Of a DNA stretch of 64,000 bases, positions 39,008-50,543 are shown piece after piece (the stretch's first letter is position 1; every line of letters starts with the position of its first letter). The notes under the pieces were generated by a model. It ran no database searches and had not been told where the DNA came from. It saw nothing but the letters and a program-made list of their open reading frames with translations. Position numbers and translations under genes: made by a program. This DNA comes from Vicugna vicugna. Its lineage: Eukaryota. Location of the stretch: NCBI GenBank assembly GCA_013265495.1, contig MU057640.1, positions 1,373,303-1,437,302 of the forward strand. The letters are read 5' to 3'.

Positions 39008-41912
39008 CTAAAAGAAAACATAAGCAAATGACATAAATGACAAAGCTCTGCTTTTTCCTCCCCAGTTTCCTCCTGTGACTGTACTTAAAACGCTATTTTA
39101 ATCAGTACATATTAGCGGAGGTAACCCACACAGTTATTGTCAATATTTTAGCCTGTCTTATTCCCTCCAGGGAAGAATATGGAAATCAATATTCTGAAAT
39201 TTGCATAAAATACATAGTCCATTCAAACAGATCTTAACCAATATCTAGCATATTTATGCCAAGTGCCAGCATCTCCAAATCCTCAGTTTCCATAACAACA
39301 GTTTTGTTTCATTTTCACATAAGAAAGAAACTTGCCATAGGGAAGATTTTTTTGGAGATGAGAATGGCTGAAGTAATTATAATGCAATTTATGTTCCGAT
39401 TTAATTTGCTTCATTTAAAGAAATGCGGCTAAGGTGTTTTTCTGATAATATTTTTTTGTGGCACAAGCTGGGAATGCAGAAATTAGTAATACACCAAAAT
39501 GTAACAGTTTTAAAGCAGGTTAAGTTTCAGGTTTAAATAGCTTCTTTAATTAGCAGAAGCTGCTTAAGACCACCTTCTGTTTCACATTAAATGGAGGTTT
39601 GGAAAGGTGGCTTTCTAATTTAGGTGCTCCAAATCATCCTAGGCCAGTGCCTTTCCAGGAAAGGGGTTATTCAGATCGTTTAACTGAATCATGTGAAGAA
39701 AAACTGAACAAAACTTGTATGACTTATATTTATTACATGGAAGCTCTTACCAGGAGGAAAACAACTAAACATGACATTTATATAAACTATCCATTCGACA
39801 TGAGCTTGTACTTATGAACCTTTTAAAAAAAAATTCTCCAGTGACTTTAACTTCACACAAATTACAAACTAGTAAAATCAGTGATTTAGTATTGGCTGCC
39901 AGCTGGAAGAAACAATAGCCTTTTAGATTAGGGTTGAGATTTGGGAGTAAGAATGTTCAGGAAATGTACTTTTAACCTTAGGAATTTTAGAGCATCCCAA
40001 ATTATCTTCTAATGAAGCTGTTTTCTTCATTTCTAAACATGATCAGATGTTACATAAATAAAGGCTGCTCTGTACTGACTGCTACACAGAATATACCCAT
40101 TATCAATGATTACTAACCTACTCAGGACCTTAAACGTATCAAACCCAAATACAATCTGTCTATGTATATGTCATTCCTGCATAGACGGTGTCATTGTCTT
40201 TTTGATGCAATGTCATTCTTCCTTCAAAGTATGGCTTGGCATGTAATGCTAATGTCTTCCTAAAGGACTCAGACAGAAATAAATCCATCTATCCATCTCA
40301 CATTACACATAATGAAAAACAGTATTTATAAACAAATTCCTGCCAAAAGATGTTAAAAGATATGCCGTTCTGGTTTTTTTCCCCAAGCAGAAAGTAATCT
40401 AGGTAGAAGAAACAAATTCTTTCGCTAGAATTAAAATTTCTTAATATGTAGCAGTACCAACTGCTCCTTCAGTCTGATTTAGGATCATAATATTTTGCCT
40501 TGACTGGACTTCCAAATTAAAGGATTTAGATAGCTGTCCACCTAAATGCCAACTCATTTTACTCAGCACTTCAATTCATTTAGTTGGAAATAAACAATTA
40601 ACTGAATCTTATGACTAAATTTTTTACCCCCACACCCTCACATGTTACCTTTCTGTGCCAAGTAATTAGGAAGAATAAGCCTTTATCTTCCCTTTAAAGA
40701 TCATTTCTTAGTGTTCTTACATTCTCTCCACTGCCTGGTCAGAATAAGTTTAGTATAGTTTTCTTAGCATGATGTTTTCCTCCCAGAGAAATCTAGAATT
40801 TGGAATTTGCATAAAAAAAACTGTCAACAAACCCTAGGTGAAGGAATTTATCATAAAAGAGGTTTACGGCAGACTTAGAGCTGACTCATTGCTTTGCTTT
40901 CTGCTATTGGTTACTTTGGTAATCGTTAAGAGGCAAAATTCTGTCACTGAGATTTTGTGATGTAATTAAACCTAAAGTGATGGCGTGTTAGGTTAGATCT
41001 GTGTTTTGTGAAATTCTGTGAAAGGGACGTGATTCATTCTGCAGCTGGTCTGTGCTCTGTGAGTACAACAATTGACAGTAACAAAACCTATGCCCATTTT
41101 AAGGTCAGAAGTAATACTGGACTGCCCGTGTTTATAACAGCTATTGAATGGAGAGTCTGTTAGTTCTCTGCTTTTTTTTTTTTTTCAACTTCAGTTTGGT
41201 ATCATTGTTTTGAAATATTTTTCAAAAACAGTAACTACCACATACTCTCTAAAACAATACTCAGTTTCCGTTTTGCTCTGCAACAACCTGTCCACTTTCA
41301 GTTGTCGCATTTTACCATCTCATTGACTACATTTTAGTAACAGGCATTGTGCTTTCAGGTCTTTTTAGAAGAAAGTCTGTGTATGAGGTACAGAAATGCA
41401 CTTGTTATTTATGTGGTCTCCTGAAGAACTTATTAAGGAAAAACATTTTTCTGAGATTCCCATTGACATTTATTTTGATTTGTCTCCAAATGAGTGTAGG
41501 AAACCTCCTTTGAAATCTGAAACGAAATGTCAGTACTTTCCTGCTTTGTACACTGGCCTCTTGAGATGAAACTTCACCCACTCATATGCGTTCTCTGCAA
41601 CCCTGCAGAGTCATCGAATCACCGTGATTTCAACTTGTTCTCATCAGATTTCAGGAAAACCTCAGTCCTCGTGGGCGAAAAGCAAATGAGTAATTCACAA
41701 AGCCATCCAGCTGGCTGTTAACCTAGAATTTGTGTCTCTTCATTTGTTTTCAGCTCATCTGCTACTCCTTACTTCCACCAAGTACAAAGCATCCTGCTGC
41801 TGTGACAGGTGCAACATTAAACTCTGTTTTCAGATTTTACAAACTTGCCACTTAGGCTTCTGGGGGAAAGGAAACAAGGGTGAAAAACATGAATAACACA
41901 CGGCTCTCTTAC

Positions 41913-42016
41913 CTGCTGCTTGTTGTTAGGTGTGTACGGCAGCATGGTAGAAACATGGAACATGATCTCATAGTCTTTGTAGGTTGTGTACAGAGAATGG
42001 GTTCCAGTGGAGTCAG
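41913..42016 (-). CDS. SIPA1L1: SIPA1L1 exon C (104 nt, phase 1-0), RapGAP domain: (T)[34 protein letters not shown]
   Basis: Translated by hand because it is absent from the ORF track. Pyrimidine tract ending ccccttactatAG and donor CAG|GTAAGA; carries the EIMFHVST RapGAP motif. Confidence 0.95.
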
Positions 42017-42199
42017 CTATAGTAAGGGGGAAAAAAAAGAGAGAGAGATTACTGTAAGAATAGGAAAATAGTTAATTTAAGAGATGAACTATCTCAGAAT
42101 ATCTCAAAAAAAAAAAAAAAGAGTATCTCAAAAAGAGGAGGGTGGGGCAGCAGAGGGAGGGTTGGTTTAGGATGAAAAGATCCCAGACAAGAACTAGTT

Positions 42200-42655
42200 T
42201 AGGAGTTCTTGCCTATTTTTGGTACCCGATCCCCTTTGGCATTCTAGTGAAGCCTATGGATTCCTCAGAATATCTGTAAACGCATAAGATAAAATACTTA
42301 AGATTTCAGCAGAAACTAATGGTATTGAAAAATACTGCTATCAAAATAATTTTAAAATCGTATAATAGCATAAGATTTAGCAGTTGGCCTAATAACGACT
42401 GTAATTTTGAAGTTCTGATGTGCCTAGGCTGCCTCTTGAGGTATCTCCAACAACAAACAACATGACATGAAAACGCCTGTATCCTCTACTGGCACTAAAA
42501 TCACAGCCAGAGCTAATACCACTGCGGTTTGTTGCCTACAAGCCTAACTGAAGGACAGTTAAACTTCAATAAGGGGTCAGTGAAAATAAATGTAAAATTA
42601 TTTCCCATCCAAGGTCACAGAAATTCTGCTCACAGACATCAAGTTCAGAACATCC
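42200..42655 (+). mobile_element. MER119-like hAT-Charlie element
   Basis: cccctttggcattctagtgaagcctatgga...ggtttgttgcctaca...gtcagtgaaaataaa...tttcccatccaag resembles the recalled MER119 consensus. Confidence 0.65.
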
Positions 42656-43059
42656 TTCCCAACACTTCTGACTCAAGCAGGAGAACCTCTGTCCTGAACA
42701 AATAGACGACAATTTAACAAGATGTTAACACTGATTAACAAAGGTATTATGGCAAAGCCCAGCAAGTGCAGGCTGTGTGTGTCCTGCTCTCACCTTCCTT
42801 CAGGAAGAAAGCAACCTCAACCGTCTAAATCAGTCATAAATCATAAACACCTGGAAACCAAAAGAATTATTAACTGTCCGATTGAAGGGGAGTATCTTTA
42901 TACGTGAAGGACCTGGACTTAACAGGCGGCAAAATGAACAGAAGTGCATTCATTCTGGGTGACCTCAATCCAACAACCATACTGTTAAGGAGCAAACACA
43001 ATACTGCATTTTAGAGACGGATGGAACAAGACAAAGCCTGGCATGTACTGTAAAGCAGT

Positions 43060-43245
43060 AGTAGTTCTCAAACTTGAATGTGCATGGAGTCGCCAGGGAG
43101 CTGTAGAAAGACAAGTTTCCATCCCCCGCCCCCAGAAACACACTGTTCTGTAGGCGTGGGGTGGAGCAGAGGGATCTGTTTTAATAAATACCCCCAGGGG
43201 ACTCTAATGCAGTAGCTCCCTGCCCTCAGGTGCAGCTCTGAGAAT
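43060..43245. mobile_element. MER5A-like hAT MITE
   Basis: agtagttctcaaacttgaatgtgcatggagtc...gtaggcgtggggtgg...ccccaggggactctaatgc...tgagaa. Confidence 0.7.
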
Positions 43246-46200
43246 AGACCATGATGGTGGTTCTTGGAGACTTAAGATGCACTAGAGCCCTGAGTTTCAA
43301 CCTTGAGCTTCTTGGAGGATGGTAACTCTGAAGAGGGCATAAAATGCAAAGGGTTTTAAAAACAAACTAAATGTAGAATAAAGCAAAGACTACTCTTCAA
43401 AAATTGCAAAAATATGTACCAACACATAACCAACCCCAAGAAAAATATCATCTAAATGTTAATGACTACTACCACAAAAAGACTACAAATTAAAATTACT
43501 ACAGTAAGTGACCTACGTAAGACAGGTCGTGAGTAGGAAGGAGGTGTCTGTGGTTAAGGACCCGTGCTACAAATATGTCGAGACCTGATTCGTACATTTT
43601 ATCACTTTAAAGTCAATGTGTCAGCTTTGAGGCGGACTTACATGTGTTTCAAGTCAACTTTAAGCAAAATCAATGAACTAGAAAAAAAAGATGATCATCC
43701 AGTGTTCATTTACTGCATTTTGCTTTATGTGTCTAATTCTAAAAGCATTACTGTCTGGAAGGGAAAGTGAAGCAAGCCAACGCTGAAGAGAACTTGTTTT
43801 CTCCTTCTCGTCCTTTCTCTCCTCCACAAGCCTCACTTTATACAATGCTGCGTGACCAGTCTTCTTCTGGGGGCCTTTAGAAACCCCAGCTTTGCCAATA
43901 CTTTTTAACAGTTTGGAAACGGTTTCAAAAGTTTTAGAGATGAAACTAGGGCCAAAACAATCCTTTTTTTTTTTTTCCCCTGAGAAGAAAGGAATTCCCA
44001 AATTCTGAAATCACTGTGTACATAACAGAATTGCTAAATGTTACCAGAAGGAATGGAAAATGAATGCCTGTTATATTCTCTAAAGAATAAAGCCGCTAAT
44101 GTTGTTATTGTATGTTTAATGACCTTGAAACCCCGAAACCATGAAAGATTTAACAGAATAAAAATCAGGAAGATGACCATTGGGAAAAAAAAGACAAAAA
44201 TTCTTTTTTCTCTGGTTGACGAGAATATATATTGAGTAATTTCTAAAGGGAAAATATGCACATAGAAGAGTAATGGAAAGAAGATAATGCTCCTTCGTGT
44301 ATGTATGGAGCTTTAAAAGTTAAAAAATAAACTCAGGCGTCTTATAGGTCATCTTGATAATCATGTGATTTGCCTCCGAACTATACTACCAGCAAGTGAA
44401 TGTATCCACTTGTAAGGTCAGCCCTCTGCACTAAGTCATAGAAAGTGAAATTTCTAATATTCAAACTAGATAAGAAGACAGTGAATAATTGAGGAATGGT
44501 ATGAACATTCTTCTCAGCTGCTTTGAAAAGGTGTAGATAAGCGATAAAATTCTACATTAGGCATTTCTATTTGAAGACGGTCTGAATAGGTTAATAAGTT
44601 TGTAGAAGCAGTTGCAGATACTCTGGTCAATGTCATATTCATCTTTGACTTCCCTTGGCTCAACTCTTTTGCTTTAAGGAAGACTGAAACTTGAGCACAC
44701 ATTTAAGAGCCCCGATCTCACACCTGCGAAGGCAAGCTTGCCTCAGGGTCTGGGGATGCAGAGGGCAAAGCTCAGAAGCACAGCCAGGGACAAGCACTGA
44801 CATGTGGAACACGTATTCTGGACGAGGCACACCTCTGCCCTGGCAGTATTATTTCACCCACTCACTAATGAAATATTTGGGGAAATCAAGAATTCCACCT
44901 GCTCTGACATCTACCATCTTTACTAACATTTTTTCGAAGTACCTTTAAACATGGTCAGGAGGTAGATGACTTTACTTCATTGAGGATGGGATCAAGGAGA
45001 GTATGTAGTACCAACCTTGCTATGACAGGTGAACTCATACTATGTCAGTTCAAGGAACGTGCAGATGTACATGTGTACGGACCTGGGACTTAGGCTTCTT
45101 AAAATCACTAATGCATTGCAAGAAAAGGACACGTGATGGTGCAGGGTGGGTGGGTACTCAGGAATCAGTCACTACTATTTTATACCTACTGCTCACTTTG
45201 CAAGACACCTGCAATGACCAGATTCCCACTTGGAAGTTAAGATCAGAATTTGACTGCTGGCAGCATCATTTGCTAAATGACCACAAACAAGTCACCTCAC
45301 TTCTCTGCCCCTCCATGTTCTCACTGTTGTGAGGATTGAGTGAAAGAAAGTATATGAAAGTACCAGCCCATACATGATGCTCAAGAAGTGTGTTGATTAG
45401 AACTTGGAATTTTGTGCAGTTGCGGTAGAAAGTGTAGAAAGCTCAGTTAAGTAGGGCCTTTGACATATTTTAATTTCTTTGCCAACTGCATCTCAGGAAC
45501 ACTCCAAGGAAAAACCTTACTCTATAACACAGTTCAAAGTGAAGGAGGTGAAAAAAGAAACCTTTTCTTCATTCATTGGTCTCCAAACAGAACTCCAAAC
45601 AGCCCTGTGCGTGCACAAAGCCTTTCAGTAATGCTAGTTCCATCCCTTTTTTTATCAAAGGTTAAATATTCCAAATAAGGAAGGATTTATTTTCTTTATG
45701 AAAAGTCTTACATCTCTCCAATACTGAATACACTGAATCTCAGTGGCCTTTACAACCCTGCTGAAGTATGGGAGAAGCAGCGAGCACTCACTAATACTGT
45801 AGCCAATCAAGGAAGGCAGAGCTTTGAAGGAATGCTTTTTAAAAGGTTTCTAAGTCTCGTACATGCCGACTTCACAAACAAGCCTTATTCAGGAAATAAT
45901 TTCCCAAATAATAATCCACACACACAGTTTAAAACGAGGGTGGTCTCCAACTTTCAGGTAACGAACTGCTTGGTGGGAAGTTTCTTTTCGTATTTACTGT
46001 AGTGTGAGGGGATGGTAATCACCCTAGAGGTTACGTCATCCAAATAAGGAAACAAAAAAAGAGGAGAAAAAAATTCACTATTGAAAACGTCTTCACTGCA
46101 GAAGGGTTCCAATCCAAGACACATCTGCAGCTTGTTTGCCAGAAGCCCTTATTTCTGAGATGGGAAACTGGACTTTGTAGGGAAAACTGGGGAAAAGAAG

Positions 46201-46589
46201 AAATGGTTCAACAGTTCCACCAATCCTTTCTTCCCTGAGCCTCTCCGCCCTTTACCCAAAGTACTAAAATCTGAATATAATTATATTCCGTAATGAATGA
46301 GCTCAGGAGGTGGCTTGGGTGTTTTTGCCCAAGGGCTTAAGAGAGGAGAAGACACAGCCACAACGCAGAGCTCTGGGCTTCACTGTAGTTAATTCTGCAT
46401 TCACGCTTTCTCTGAATACTTCATTAACCACACCAGTGGGATGTATTCTACCTCCTTAATGATTACTAACTAGCTGCCCAACCTTGGGCACAGCAGTTAA
46501 TCAAAAGAAGCCAATTCTGTAAAATGGGGATAAACTGGTGCCCAGCAGAGTTTGTGGGATGAAATGAGATGACATATAAAAGTATCTGG

Positions 46590-48130
46590 AACTTCCATTT
46601 CCGGCCGTAACAATACTTGGTACAAGGCTTGCTCTCCCACTGTAAAAAAATAGAAAAATTGACAAAATACCTTTTACCAGACCTTTTTACAATAGGCAGC
46701 ACTTGATAGTGATACCAGAGGAAAAAAAAAAATCAAAGAAGATGAGCCATGTGATCCCACCCTGCTTTCTACCTGGAGGTACTTTCAAAACAACGGCAGA
46801 GAGCAGGGATTTGAAGAGGGGAGCCAAAACACACTGGAGGTCTGGAAGGCAGATGTGGCTGATACTTGCTGGGCAGAATACCAAAGAGGAGGGAATTACA
46901 TGGCGAGAGAGGCTCAGAAATCTACACAGGGGTCCCCTGGAGTCTTGGGCTGAATATTAAGCTGAACAAGCATAGAGCGAGATTCCAAAAGCCAAGGAAA
47001 GAAAAGCCATTAGGGTAATGCACAGCATAGTGTGCAGTCAACAATACCCTATTGCATATCTGAAAGTTGCTAAGAGACTAGATCTTAAAAGTTCTCAACA
47101 CAAGAAAAAGATTGCATAACTATGTATGGTGCCAGACGTTACTAGACTTACTGTGGTTTTCATTTGGGAATATACACAAATATTGAATCATTATGTTGTA
47201 CCCTGAAACTAATATAATGTTATATGTCAACTATATTGCAATAAAAAAAAAAAAAGAAAGAAAGAAAAGAAAAACTACTGGGGAAATAACAAACTACCAG
47301 AGAACTACCAGCCAAACAATTCTCACAGTTCACACAGGGCTGGAAGACATTCAAGTTCTGACCGGCCATAGCAGAGATACCTCACTGAACGTGCAGGTGT
47401 TCAGATGCAAGAAAAGTCATGCTTCAGTAGGAGGGCTAAATCAGCCAGAGAGTAAACTCTATGTATGCTTTAATAAAGTTTAGGAACAGGATTCATAAAG
47501 ATCAAGCTGTTCTGTAACTAACTTATTAATTGCCTACCAAAACGATATACACTTTAAAGAAGACAACAAAATCCTGATACTCAAGCATGAAACATTCACA
47601 ATGTCCACTAGCCAATCAAAAATAACCAGACACCTGAAGCAGTACAATGTAACTCAAAAGCAGGAGAAAATCTGTTAAAAGGAGACCCCAAATGACAGGG
47701 ATGATGGAATTAGCACACAGAGACTTTAAAACAGCTACTATAAATATGCTCCAGGCTTTAAAGGATGACATGAACCTAATGAGAAGAATATGGAAAATAT
47801 AAGAAAAGAGAACCCAAATGTAACTCCTGGCCTGGAAAACTACAATATCTGAAATGAAAATTTCACCAGATTGGATTAAGAGCAGATTAAGACACTATGG
47901 AAGAAAAGAAAAACAAAGTGAACATCAAGACATATTAATAGGAATTATCTAGACAGAAGCATAGAGTGGTGAAAAAAAGCTTAAAATATTAAATCACAAC
48001 TAGTCAATGATCTAATACATGTGTAATTGAAGATTCAAAAGTCGAGGGGAAGGGGCGCAGAAAAATAAAGAAATGAAGTTTGGCAAATAGTATTATAATT
48101 TGATGAAGACTACAGATCCATAGATCCAAG
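46590..48130 (+). mobile_element. Ancient L1M (L1MC/ME-type) 5'UTR-ORF1 fragment, interrupted by a younger L1 3' end
   Basis: acttccatttccggcc start; ORF1-type A-rich sequence gatggaattagcacacagagactttaaaacagcta...tacaatatctgaaatgaaaatttcac. Confidence 0.7.
47016..47262 (+). mobile_element. L1MA-type 3' end with poly(A)
   Basis: tgaaagttgctaagagactagatcttaaaagttctca...gttgtaccctgaaactaatataatgttatatgtcaa followed by a poly(A) tract. Confidence 0.85.
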
Positions 48131-50062
48131 TGACAACTACATTGTCACGTGTAGAGGGAGTGATCCTTTAAGAACACATGTTCTGGAAAGTCTTCTCTCT
48201 TTTTAAGGATTACATTGAAAGAGTTTTCTTAACACAACATAAAGTCAGGAAAGATGTGGTAGAGCGTCTCACGGCAGACAAGAGCCGAGTCCCTCCGGGT
48301 GCGCCACGGCCAGTAGGCGGCTGCTGGGGTCTGCAGAGGCTAGTCATTTCCTATTGCTGTGGTCTCTTCCTGCTTCATACGCTTTTAAGTGAATGAGGCT
48401 AACGGTCCCCCTTCTAGCTTGGAGTAAGAGAGACAAATATGCACCCCGTCTCGTTCAGGCTTTAGGATGGAAACACTTCCCATTCAGTTCAGGAAACCTG
48501 ACCCTCTGAAAGGAGAGAAGGAAACTGTGAACCCTTCTCGGGAGCTATGCCTCAAAAGGTTACAAGGAGCCTTAAAGGAGAGAAGTTCAGTGAAAAGGAG
48601 CCCTTCCCTGCTAAATTTATGAAATAACTGTAACATGTGCCATTAGAGGCGGCCTGCTGATCCAGACTCATCTCTCTTTAGCCTTTGCAGGCATTTGGAT
48701 ATTGGGGCAAAATGTGCCAAGTGCTTCTTCGGCTTACCCTACTGCCTCACTCAGTGCCACGCTGCGTAGGTACAGCCTTGCTATACATTTCTCATGCTGC
48801 CCTTCATCATCAAGAGGTGGCGGGGAACATGGAAATACACAAATAGTTAGTCATCTTACCAACTCCCAATCTGGCCATTCATTGACAGAATGAGGGTGCT
48901 TATTACCTTTTCTTCCCAGACCCTTTTAATGGCTCTTTGACATGGTTCTAATTTACATGATACAACAAATCAAGACAACATGAACAGATTATTCAGGATA
49001 AATGTCAGAATATCTGGATAAAAGGAGTTTACGGGCATATTGACATTTAACATTTTATGCAGTCGCAAGCAGAGTATGGAACCTTAAAATAATATTTAAG
49101 AGTCTAGGCTATTTATGGTTTTAATAGGCTCTCTTGCATGTCGTTTCCAAGTTGGCAACAGTAAAACCATGGCAACAGGAAATTCTTCCATGCAGTGGAG
49201 TTTATGAATGCTTTTCTGTTTTCATGACTCAACTCTTTATTTAATTTCCTGTACAGAATATCAGAGCGATGACTATAGACTGCAATACAGATGTGCTAAA
49301 CCAAAGACCCTCTCAGAGAAAAACAGGTCACAGGTGTCTACAGATCGATTCTGGGATAAAATTTAAAACTGCCTCCGCACAGACACACCACAGAAGTCAG
49401 CATACTCCAGATACCTTAGAACCTATTTTATTAACCACCCGGGGACAGAAATGGACAACCCCGTGTATGCATGAGCTGTAGCTAAACTGACCGTGCTTTC
49501 AGTCAGCACATTTTATGAGCAAACCTGAACCAAAGAGAAGAAGCCTATTCGCTTGGAGATTAAATTAGACTATGGGCAACAGTAACAGGAAATAAACAAA
49601 AGACCTGTAGATACGAAAATACAAAAACAATCAAGCAACCACACAACGGCTGACTACACAGATAAGCCAGGATTATGAAATGAATTCACAAAAAGTCCAA
49701 AATTCTAGGGCTTACGACCAGATGGTTATAAGCGGCTGGAGTTTTTAATCACTCTAACATTCAGCTAAATATAGTGACATTCATGCGACACTATTCAGGA
49801 GCAACTCTGCATGACCTGCACCCACTGTTTTCCACCATCCACATCTCTGATAACACTCTCTTTTTACACTTCGATCCCAGTGACTTTCATTATGCTCTGC
49901 AATTGCTGTAGAGCCACACCCTCCCTCTTCTGGCTTCCTCTCCCCCATCACCAGCCGTTTTCTGCAGTAAGTGGCAATGTTGTTTTACAGGCAACTGAGC
50001 AGGCGAACATCAACACAACGGGAGGAAGATGAGCCTAGTAGGAGGGTTTCAGTATTTCTTAC

Positions 50063-50237
50063 TTTTGGTGTCAAGCTGCGCACGATACTTCTCAAATCCT
50101 TTGAGCCGAACACGTTCCCCCAGCAGCTGAAGGAACTCCTCAAAGGCTGGGCCGGCTGATTCGTTGTTGTACATCTCTTCTTCCGTGCTCTGTCCAGCTT
50201 TGCAGTACATGATGCCTACTTTCTGCTGGTAGTTCAG
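50063..50237 (-). CDS. SIPA1L1: SIPA1L1 exon B (175 nt, phase 0-1), RapGAP domain: [25 protein letters not shown]...AQLDTK
   Basis: Acceptor ccttcacAG|CTG and donor AAA|GTAAGA; typical RapGAP sequence. Confidence 0.96.
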
Positions 50238-50424
50238 CTGTGAAGGCAGGCAATACAGTGCACATAAATACAGGCAGATCCACTCTGCCCACTTAAATGC
50301 TAGTAAGTCCTGAGGGGCACATGCCCTCAAGTAGCTAACACCTCTCTTCTCTTGAAATCTTCCTGCTTCCTTCTTCCCCCTTTAAAAAGGGAGGCCTGAC
50401 GAATTTAAAAGTAAAGGTCCTTTT

Positions 50425-50543
50425 GAGGGGGAGGGCATAGCTCTTGAGGGGGAGGGTAGAGCACATGCTTAGCACGCACAAGGCCCTGCCCTGCGTTCAA
50501 TCCCCAGCGCCTCCTCTGTGAAAATAAATAAATAAATAAAAAT
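50425..50543 (+). mobile_element. tRNA-Ala-derived SINE with a rearranged 5' end
   Basis: gagggcatagctc...tagagcacatgcttagcacgcacaagg...gttcaatccccagcgcctcc plus (taaa)n tail; degenerate taaagg TSD. Confidence 0.85.
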
